DNA of 32,000 nucleotides from Erysipelotrichaceae bacterium (lineage in GTDB: Bacteria > Bacillota_I > Bacilli_A > Erysipelotrichales > Coprobacillaceae). Within the stretch, counting starts at the first letter, position 1. Each line of letters begins with the position of its first letter. The stretch is taken from the NCBI GenBank assembly GCA_028698185.1, contig JAQVDW010000001.1, positions 150,001-182,000 on the forward strand, read 5' to 3'. A program made the translations under genes and the position numbers. Below the pieces are notes generated by a model, which saw only the letters and a program-made list of their open reading frames with translations, did no database searches and was not told where the DNA came from. This document shows positions 6,599 through 13,059 of this stretch, in pieces.

Positions 6599-7531
6599 AT
6601 GAGAAACGATTACGATCTAATCATCAATTTTTCAAAGCAGATGTATCTGATTTCCACCAGTGGCCAAAGTTTCTTGGCGGGACTTAGATTGCTTGAAACC
6701 AACACCACGCAAATGCGGATGAAAAATCTTTTGACCCAGGTTATCGCCCAGCTCGAACAAAATGACATCATTTTTGCCCTGGAAAGCACCGGGCTGTTTG
6801 ACGAGCTTTATCTTGACCTGATCAAAGCCGGCCTGCATTCTGGAAATCTTGACGAAGTATTTCTTCACCTGACAAACTATTACAAGCAACTTGATCAAAG
6901 CAACAGGAAATTAAGAAGGCTGTTGAATTTCCCCATCGGCATGAGCCTGGTCATGATGGTGATCATGATTATACTGGTGACCAGGATTCTCCCGGTATTC
7001 AGCGACCTTTATGCAGGCATGGGAGCCCAGCTGACCGGTGTTGCCAGGATAAGCCTTCAGCTGGGATACTTCATCAATGATTACCTCGTTTACTTCATCA
7101 TCATTGTGCTATCTGGTGTGCTTTTGTTGCTGGGAATGATCCGGCAAGACAAGGTTGGGATCTTCAAAAAGGCAAAGGCTCTCAATCGGGCATCCAATGA
7201 GCTTTTTGCCGTTTCCACCCTGGTAAAGGCCGGAGTTTCTTTCGATCAGGCAGCTGGAATAGCCAACATGTCCAAATCGGGCGTGATCGAGGCGTTTTCT
7301 TCCCGGCTCGAGCCTCTTGAGCTGTCCTTGTTGGAAATGAGCATCCAGAACGGAACCCATGAAAAGGTTATCGAGATGCTTTTCGACGAGTATCGCCAGA
7401 AGGCCAATACAAGGATGGATGAATCATTGGCCAAGTTCGAACTATACTTTGGCACCGGTTTTGTCGTCATTGTAGCCATCGTCATGCTGTCATTGATCTT
7501 GCCGCTTTTCGCGATTCTTTCAGAATTATGA
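6599..7531 (+). CDS. Type II secretion / type IV pilus platform protein (GspF/PilC/ComGB family)
   Basis: There are two T2SSF-like repeats (LIKAGLHSGNLDEVF; LVKAGVSFDQAAG) separated by TM segments (LPVFSDLYAGMGAQL). It is about 310 aa, close to ComGB in size. The ATG at 6599 follows a GGAGG. Confidence 0.8.
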   Translation: MRNDYDLIINFSKQMYLISTSGQSFLAGLRLLETNTTQMRMKNLLTQVIAQLEQNDIIFALESTGLFDELYLDLIKAGLHSGNLDEVFLHLTNYYKQLDQSNRKLRRLLNFPIGMSLVMMVIMIILVTRILPVFSDLYAGMGAQLTGVARISLQLGYFINDYLVYFIIIVLSGVLLLLGMIRQDKVGIFKKAKALNRASNELFAVSTLVKAGVSFDQAAGIANMSKSGVIEAFSSRLEPLELSLLEMSIQNGTHEKVIEMLFDEYRQKANTRMDESLAKFELYFGTGFVVIVAIVMLSLILPLFAILSEL

Positions 7532-7812
7532 AGATAGTAAGATTAGCGCTGGTTATTGTTGCATTGGCCCTGGGAATCATCTTTATCAATCAGTTCCACC
7601 AGACCAGCCAGGAAAACGCTTTGCATGCACTCGAGCAGTCGATCAATGACAAAATACTGCTTTGTTACATCAATGAGGGGCGTTATCCCGAATCACTGGG
7701 ATATCTTGAGGAAAATTACGGCCTAAGCTTCGATAAGACAAGATATCAGGTTTTTTTGATCCCGATTGGAGAAAACATCATACCTGACTTGACGGTATTC
7801 GCCTATGAATAA
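7528..7812 (+). CDS. Small pilin/pseudopilin-like protein (94 aa) without a canonical prepilin cleavage motif
   Basis: The start overlaps the upstream stop (ATGA). An N-terminal hydrophobic helix MKIVRLALVIVALALGIIFI continues into a GspG/ComGC-like YINEGRYPESLGYL segment. There is no G(-1) and no E(+5). Confidence 0.45.
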   Translation: MKIVRLALVIVALALGIIFINQFHQTSQENALHALEQSINDKILLCYINEGRYPESLGYLEENYGLSFDKTRYQVFLIPIGENIIPDLTVFAYE

Positions 7813-8221
7813 AAGCAACTTGTTTTCATACCTCATTACCGGCATCTTCATCTTCACCCTTAGCGCCATCTGCATCCTTATGCTAAACATCACAAACAAG
7901 ACAGCCATAGCCCAAGATGCCCTTGTAGATGAGCAGTTTGTGATCAGCTTCATAAACGAAAAGATCAAGCGGGCCAAATCGGTTGAAATAAAAAAAGATG
8001 ATACCTCGGACATTCTTGCACTCGAAGATGGTTCTTCATATGTGACCTACCTGTACAACAACGATGGTTACCTATGCGAGCTTTATGTGCCGGCCGGCCG
8101 GGAATTCGATATGGAATATGGGGACCGGATATGTTCCATGGAAAAACTGGACATGGATCTCATTGATGGCCTGCTTGTAATCAACGAAAACTACTACTTG
8201 AACCTGGAGGGCAAGCCGTGA
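7805..8221 (+). CDS. Small bitopic protein (138 aa), ComGF-like minor pseudopilin candidate
   Basis: The start overlaps the upstream stop by 8 nt. It has an N-terminal TM segment (LFSYLITGIFIFTLSAICILML). Its size and layout resemble ComGF-family proteins. This is based on similarity of pattern only. Confidence 0.35.
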   Translation: MNKSNLFSYLITGIFIFTLSAICILMLNITNKTAIAQDALVDEQFVISFINEKIKRAKSVEIKKDDTSDILALEDGSSYVTYLYNNDGYLCELYVPAGREFDMEYGDRICSMEKLDMDLIDGLLVINENYYLNLEGKP

Positions 8222-8586
8222 AAGATAAGATAAGCATGCTCGAGCTATGTGTCAACCTTATGGTTTTCGCAATCGCCCTGGCGCTGGTCATCCAGATCAT
8301 GATGAAAACAACTCTCATCAATTACCACAACACGATCAAGGCCAAAGCAATCATCCAGCTCAACAGTATTGTCGCAATCCTGCAAGAACATCAAGGCGAT
8401 CTTGAAGGTTACTACCAAACCAGTGATTCGCTAATCCTTTTTGACAGCAACAATATAAACACCACGGACGATTATTATTATTGCGTAAAAGTTGAAAACA
8501 ATTTCCCGATATTCCATCTTGATGTTTACGATAAATATGACAACCTGATCATCGCGACTGACTACGAGGTGGCTTATGAAGATTAG
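8218..8586 (+). CDS. Small pilin-like protein (122 aa) with a degenerate class III signal
   Basis: The GTG start overlaps the upstream TGA (GTGA). The N-terminus MKDK/ISMLELCVNLMVFAIALALV places Glu at +5 relative to a putative cleavage site, but Lys rather than Gly sits at -1. Confidence 0.4.
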   Translation: MKDKISMLELCVNLMVFAIALALVIQIMMKTTLINYHNTIKAKAIIQLNSIVAILQEHQGDLEGYYQTSDSLILFDSNNINTTDDYYYCVKVENNFPIFHLDVYDKYDNLIIATDYEVAYED

Positions 8587-8962
8587 AATCGGGCTGACAA
8601 GCCTTTTCAATATCATCATCATCCTGGTATTGATCACATTGACATTCAACTCATACATCCAGACCAAGGCCAGCCAAACCCTGATTGACCAGAACCTCGC
8701 CCACAACCTCACCTACCTTGAGGCCAGGTCGATAATCAACCGTTTCATCAACGACAGCCGGGAAATTCCGTTGACGAATCTTCAGGACCAATACGATTTT
8801 CAAATGGAAGCAAATGTGATAACTTTCCAGGAGGTCATTGACTATGGCCAGACAGTCACATTGGTTTACGATTATAATGCCAAGCAAATCATCTCCTTGC
8901 AGGTCCAAAACAATTCGGATTACCAGCTAGATGACTTGGCTCCAGTCTACACAGGAGAATGA
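8576..8962 (+). CDS. Small pilin-like protein (128 aa), ComGG-like candidate
   Basis: The N-terminus MKIRIG/LTSLFNIIIILVLITL has Gly at -1 but no Glu at +5, as in ComGG/GspK-type minor pilins. It overlaps the upstream gene by 11 nt. Confidence 0.4.
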   Translation: MKIRIGLTSLFNIIIILVLITLTFNSYIQTKASQTLIDQNLAHNLTYLEARSIINRFINDSREIPLTNLQDQYDFQMEANVITFQEVIDYGQTVTLVYDYNAKQIISLQVQNNSDYQLDDLAPVYTGE

Positions 8963-8963
8963 T

Positions 8964-10016
8964 ATGGAAATTACTTCAATTCTGCACCGGGCAATAACCA
9001 TGCAGGCTTCGGATATCTTTATCGAAGCCAACATCCCAGTCAAGTTCAAGAAAGACAATCAACTGTGCCCCTTGAACAATGATGTACTCACCACCGAAGA
9101 CACCAAACAGCTTATCAGCCAGATTTACGAAATCGCCAAGCGCGATGTCGATATCCTCTTCAATGACGGCGATGACGATTTCGCCTTCTCGATAGCCCAC
9201 CTTTCCCGCTTCCGGGTGAGCATGTTCAAACAGCGGGGCTCACTGGCTTGCGTGATCCGGATCATCGCCTTCAAGCTGCCGGATTTCCAGGAATTGAACA
9301 TTCCCGAACAGCTGATTGATCTAGGCGACCAGACCAACGGGCTGATCCTTTTCACCGGTCCTTCAGGAAGCGGCAAATCCACGACCCTGGCATGCATCAT
9401 CGACTACATCAACCACAAATATGCCCGTCATGTCATCACTCTTGAAGACCCTATCGAGTATCTTCATGTCCACAACAAATCGATAATCACCCAGCGGGAG
9501 ATCGGCAATGACACCAACTGTTATCTGACCGCCCTGAGGGCCAGCCTGCGCCAGTGTCCCGATGTCATCCTGCTTGGGGAGATGCGCGACCATGAAACTA
9601 TCGAGACTGCGATAACCGCAAGCGAGACCGGCCACCTGGTGTTTTCCACACTCCATACAATCGGCGCAAGCAATACAATCAACCGGATCATCGATGCCTT
9701 TCCAGCCAATGAGCAGCCACAGATAGCGATGATGCTCTCACTGACCCTCAATGCGGTCGTGTCGCAGCATCTCGTTCCCGATATTTCCGGTAAGCTCATT
9801 CCGGTGTTTGAAATCATGATTGTCAATCCGGCCATCCGCAACCTGATAAGAGAAAAAAAGATCCACCAGATCGACTCGATCATTGAAAGCGACCGGCAAA
9901 ACATGGTGACCCTTGACAACAGTCTGCTGCAACTTTACCAGGACCGTATCATATCCAGGGAAACAGTGATCAAGTACTGCAAGAACAACCAATATATCAC
10001 CCAGAAATTGGGATAG
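8964..10016 (+). CDS. pilT: PilT/PilU-family type IV pilus (retraction-type) hexameric ATPase
   Basis: The ATG at 8964 follows AGGAGA and lies 1 nt after the upstream stop. Motifs read by eye are ASDIFIE, Walker A GPSGSGKSTTL, ITLEDPIEY, PDVILLGEMRDHETIETAITASETGHLVFSTLHT, INRIIDAFPANEQPQI and NPAIRNLIREKKIHQI. This set is diagnostic of PilT rather than PilB/GspE/ComGA. Confidence 0.85.
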   Translation: MEITSILHRAITMQASDIFIEANIPVKFKKDNQLCPLNNDVLTTEDTKQLISQIYEIAKRDVDILFNDGDDDFAFSIAHLSRFRVSMFKQRGSLACVIRIIAFKLPDFQELNIPEQLIDLGDQTNGLILFTGPSGSGKSTTLACIIDYINHKYARHVITLEDPIEYLHVHNKSIITQREIGNDTNCYLTALRASLRQCPDVILLGEMRDHETIETAITASETGHLVFSTLHTIGASNTINRIIDAFPANEQPQIAMMLSLTLNAVVSQHLVPDISGKLIPVFEIMIVNPAIRNLIREKKIHQIDSIIESDRQNMVTLDNSLLQLYQDRIISRETVIKYCKNNQYITQKLG

Positions 10017-10062
10017 AAAAAAGGCATGTTGTGTTAACACTATCCGTTAACGAACATGCCTT
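10015..10062 (-). terminator. Terminator hairpin between two convergent genes (the pilT-like gene and P4)
   Basis: The stem AAGGCATGTT/AACATGCCTT spans 10021-10030 and 10053-10062. A T-run follows only in the minus-strand sense, so it is an efficient terminator for P4 and possibly a weaker one for the plus-strand operon. Confidence 0.6.
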
Positions 10063-10074
10063 CATGCTGTCATA

Positions 10075-10725
10075 TTAAGAATATTGTTCGATTGCCGCTG
10101 CAGGCCAACCAGTGATCATGCCACCTGGGTTGGTTGTAGGTGTCACATTAGCTGCTTGAATCGCTTCAGCCTTTACAGTTATTATGTAATCATCGTTTGT
10201 GCTGCTGTTGGTCAAGCTGCTTGGGAATGATACTGTAGAGAATACAGTTACGTTTGCGCCAGCTGCCAAAGAGTTCTTATAATACACATATGCACTTTCT
10301 GAACCATCAGGATTACTTGTCAAACCACCGATAAACCAATCACTTGTGTTGATATTTAAATAACTCAACAAAGTAGCTTCAGAGATGACCCCATCGCCTC
10401 CGGTATCTATCGTCTTAAGAGTAACCAGTGCGCGGACATAACAATCTTCAGATCCAGCCATTACTGTAATTACAGGCTGTTTGGAATAGACATCGCCAGG
10501 CATTACATCATTGTAATCGTAACCGTCATCAGTAGCCGTACCAGCCTTAACGCCAGGTCCTGCAACTGAAGTTTCTCTTAAATCGATGTCAACATGTCCC
10601 ATTGTGATTGTGTTGGTTTCAGTTTTGGTGTAGTCAGTGAAGTATGCCAGCGTGAATCCGACAGTGGCACTGAGTGCAATCGCTGCTGTAGTGACAATTG
10701 CAGCAATTTTCTTGTTCAATTTCAT
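10075..10725 (-). CDS. TasA/camelysin-family protein (P4) with a SipW-dependent-type signal peptide
   Basis: The signal GFTLAYFTDYTKTETNTITMGHVDIDL matches the TasA-type signal (compare B. subtilis TasA GGGTWAAFNDIKSKDATFASGTLDL). The body has MPGDVYSKQPVITVMAGSEDCYVRALV and a C-terminal KAEAIQAANV. Confidence 0.8.
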   Translation of the reverse strand: MKLNKKIAAIVTTAAIALSATVGFTLAYFTDYTKTETNTITMGHVDIDLRETSVAGPGVKAGTATDDGYDYNDVMPGDVYSKQPVITVMAGSEDCYVRALVTLKTIDTGGDGVISEATLLSYLNINTSDWFIGGLTSNPDGSESAYVYYKNSLAAGANVTVFSTVSFPSSLTNSSTNDDYIITVKAEAIQAANVTPTTNPGGMITGWPAAAIEQYS

Positions 10726-10780
10726 AATATTTTCTCCTTTTTTAATTATGTTTAGTGATCGTTGAATTAATCAATTAATA

Positions 10781-11464
10781 TCAAGGCGCTGGGTATCCGG
10801 CAAGGGTTTTCAAAGCTGTTGCCTTGTCAGTTCCAGCTGGCAATGATATTTGAACACCATAAGCAGTTGCATCTATTTCCAATTTTGGTAAGTTACCTGA
10901 ACCATCAGGAACCAATCCGAAGGAAATCAACACTTGGGTGAACAATGGTGATGTCGTTGCTTGAGCTGAATCGGCTACAAGATAAGAATTGAAAACAAAG
11001 AAATCATTGTTTGCAGGTACTGTCGATTCATTAGACCATTCGTCTACTGCCGCTCCAGTGTCAAATACGATGCTGTCATCTCGAAGATATGTCGCAAATG
11101 TTGCATAAGGAACTACAACATCGTTAACCTTGTAGGTCAACTTCATTGCCACGTAGGTGTTGTCGCTTCCGGTCATGGCTTTGATGGTCGGATCTTTAGG
11201 CACAGTATCTCCTGGCAAGTACTCATTGGCTATGTTGTAACCAAGGGTTACATCATCTGATTTAGGTGATGTACCGCCCGGCCAAGCTTCTGAAAAATCG
11301 TATCCATCCCATGCCGGTTCTCTTAACTCAATGTCGATTCCCCGTGATGATGTAAAAACGTTTGTTGCCGATGATGTGGTATCAGTCAAAAGAGCCATAG
11401 TCAATGACAGGGTAAGACCAAAAACCAATGCAAAAATCATTAAATACTTTGTGAATTTCTTCAT
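10781..11464 (-). CDS. TasA/camelysin-family protein (P5) with a SipW-dependent-type signal peptide
   Basis: Supporting motifs are MALLTDTTSSATNVFTSSRGIDIELREPAWDGYDF, LPGDTVPKDPTIKAMTGSDNTYVAMKL and C-terminal ATAYGVQ. It is a clear paralogue of P6 (23417-24118). Confidence 0.8.
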   Translation of the reverse strand: MKKFTKYLMIFALVFGLTLSLTMALLTDTTSSATNVFTSSRGIDIELREPAWDGYDFSEAWPGGTSPKSDDVTLGYNIANEYLPGDTVPKDPTIKAMTGSDNTYVAMKLTYKVNDVVVPYATFATYLRDDSIVFDTGAAVDEWSNESTVPANNDFFVFNSYLVADSAQATTSPLFTQVLISFGLVPDGSGNLPKLEIDATAYGVQISLPAGTDKATALKTLAGYPAP

Positions 11465-11595
11465 GTTGTCATTCTTCCTTTCCTTAATAGTAAACTAACA
11501 TGATTATGTAACAATTAATACGGATATTATGGTAAGACATTTTCGGGTTTTCGTGTTCGCCTTGAGTTATTGTCTTTACCTCTAATTTCAATAAC

Positions 11596-11628
11596 ATAAT
11601 ATTATTTACCTGTCACACTGAAGTCACA
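11596..11628 (-). promoter_or_regulatory. Candidate activator-dependent promoter B, with the same architecture as promoter A
   Basis: The minus strand reads TGTGAC-ttcag-TGTGAC-aggtaaataa-TATTAT. On the plus strand, gtcaca lies at 11612-11617 and 11623-11628, and the -10 at 11596-11601. It sits immediately downstream of the regulator's terminator. Confidence 0.7.
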
Positions 11629-11643
11629 AGATTGAAAAACCAC

Positions 11644-11673
11644 AAAAAAACTTGGCTCAGTTAGACCCAAGTT
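11644..11673 (-). terminator. Rho-independent terminator of the regulator gene
   Basis: The stem ACTTGG/CCAAGT, which includes the last codons of the CDS, is followed by T7 on the minus strand. Confidence 0.6.
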
Positions 11674-12856
11674 TTTGACTGTTGCAAGTTATGTAGATGT
11701 CGTTTTTTTTCAGACCGCGGTAAAAATATTTCTCGATTCTCTCGATAACCAAGGTTGCATCGTCAATATTGCACATGCTAAGAAGACAGCTGTACTGATT
11801 GGGCGAGACCTTGGAAACCGAATCGCTGTTGCGCAGTGCATCAATCAAAACATCTTCAACACGGTCCATTCCCCTATTCAAGGTATCCCGGAAGATCTTG
11901 GAATGGCCGTCAAACGGTTTCATCACATTAACCGAGACCAGAAGCAAAGTCGAATCGAACGAGTGTCTTTGCGCCAGCCGAAGCTCAAGATTGCATAGGT
12001 TTTTAAATGCACCGTAATCACAGACAAGGACGTTCTTTGATTGCAGTGGAACAATGTCCTGCTGGACCTTGTCAATCGATTCATTGGCCGGCAGAAACCG
12101 GCTCAAGATCTGCTCATAAGTCTTGATCAGCTTATCACTCGGCAAAACCCCAAGCTCATGATTTAGAATATATTTGGCTGTCTCATATTTGACCCGGGCA
12201 AGTTCAAACTCGTTATTTTGACCAAGGGCTAGGATTTCATAACGGTAAAAATCCTCTTCCGTATTGTCAAGCGACAAAGCGTTGTTAGAATAGAAATAGA
12301 GGTCATCGTAAAACTTCTGGTTGTAAAGCACCTTCAGAAAATCTTTTGTCATTTTCAAAAAAACATTGTGATAATACATCGAATTCTGCATTATTAACGA
12401 ATCGTAATCAAAATGGGCAAACAGACGGTCCTGATAAATTTCTGTCGCTTTTTTATAATGGTCGATCTTGGTCAGATCATCCATTTTGTCGTCAACTGAA
12501 CTTATCAGTGCATAAAACTCCTCAAAATCGACGATCAGCTTGACCTGTGAATTCCAGAAATATGTTCCCGACCCGGTCATTATCAGTTCCTGATCAGGCC
12601 ACACCTGCTTCATGACTGTCCGCAAACGGTAGACCAGGTTTTTAAGTGCCCCAATCGGATTGGAACTCTCATCATCTTCCCAAAGGTAATCGCACAAATC
12701 CGATAACGGGATGATGGTATTATGATGGGTAATAAAATAAAAAAGCAGTTTGGCCAGGCGCTTCGACTTGAGCATTGTCAGGTTGAGCTGGCCGACGTCG
12801 TTACTGATCTGGAATTCACCAAAGGCATAGACGTTCAAAACACAAGAATATTCCAT
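11657..12856 (-). CDS. SARP-like transcriptional activator (OmpR-type winged helix plus BTAD/TPR-like domain) with a C-terminal degenerate GGDEF-like domain
   Basis: The N-terminus VYAFGEFQISNDVGQLNL...KRLAKLLFYFITHHNTIIPLSDLCDYLWEDDESSNPIGALKNLVYRLRTVM fits the SARP/EmbR-type wHTH pattern. The middle region is helical and BTAD-like (ARVKYETAKYILNHELGVLPSDKLIKTYEQIL). The C-terminus LRNSDSVSKVSPNQYSCLLSMCNIDDATLVIERIEKYF aligns to R-x-x-D-(5 aa)-GGDEF-vvll...A..iAErIr of GGDEF domains. Confidence 0.65.
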   Translation of the reverse strand: MEYSCVLNVYAFGEFQISNDVGQLNLTMLKSKRLAKLLFYFITHHNTIIPLSDLCDYLWEDDESSNPIGALKNLVYRLRTVMKQVWPDQELIMTGSGTYFWNSQVKLIVDFEEFYALISSVDDKMDDLTKIDHYKKATEIYQDRLFAHFDYDSLIMQNSMYYHNVFLKMTKDFLKVLYNQKFYDDLYFYSNNALSLDNTEEDFYRYEILALGQNNEFELARVKYETAKYILNHELGVLPSDKLIKTYEQILSRFLPANESIDKVQQDIVPLQSKNVLVCDYGAFKNLCNLELRLAQRHSFDSTLLLVSVNVMKPFDGHSKIFRDTLNRGMDRVEDVLIDALRNSDSVSKVSPNQYSCLLSMCNIDDATLVIERIEKYFYRGLKKNDIYITCNSQKLGSN

Positions 12857-13059
12857 AAAATCACTCCCCCCAAATATTCTTAAAATTTAAAAATATTATA
12901 TATTGCTACAGGTTTGATGTAGTTAAAAACAATGGTTGATCTTACATATATATTTATGTTACTACTAAATGTCCAATAAATCAACCTAATCAATTCAACC
13001 CAGTCAATTAATTATCAGTAATTACTTTTAAAAAAACACCAGACCAATTGATGTTTGAT

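Noticed and set aside
8964-10016. The possibility that the ATPase is ComGA, a competence assembly ATPase, given the comG-like neighbours.
   Set aside because: The His-box/C-terminal motifs read as PilT-type (TASETGHLVFSTLHT, IIDAFP..EQ.QI, NPAIRNLIREKKIHQI). They do not read as ComGA/GspE-type (GHLV(L/M)(T/S)(S/T)LHT..A...i.RL). This is kept as an open question in the findings because it needs a phylogeny.
10726-10780. A near-palindrome ATTAATCAATTAAT between P5 and P4 that might be an operator.
   Set aside because: It is a short AT-rich sequence in an AT-rich spacer. ATTAAT is self-complementary, so such a pattern arises easily. It is not repeated at the other loci.
11465-11589. A c-di-GMP or other known riboswitch in the P5 leader.
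   Set aside because: I could not recognise conserved GEMM-I/II or other riboswitch core sequences. Only a generic hairpin is visible, which is reported separately at low interest.
11703-11710. An A8/T8 homopolymer inside the regulator CDS, and a G6 run in its RBS (12866-12871), as possible phase-variation switches.
   Set aside because: The tracts are short for efficient slippage. The A8 run lies about 16 codons from the stop, so a frameshift would remove little. A similar A8 run occurs in htpG, which suggests this is simply Lys-codon usage.
12960-13030. TTGA(A/T)T-like repeats and a CAGTCAA...CAGTAA pair upstream of the regulator, considered as a possible autoregulatory TGTGAC-type box.
   Set aside because: The hexamers do not match GTCACA/TGTGAC. 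The spacings (5, 9 and 15 nt) are not 11 nt, and the position relative to the TATAAT differs from sites A-C.
2796-13059. The possibility that the accessory block is a mobile genomic island or prophage remnant.
   Set aside because: There is no integrase, transposase or phage gene, no adjacent tRNA and no flanking direct repeats. The boundaries coincide with ordinary terminators and promoters.
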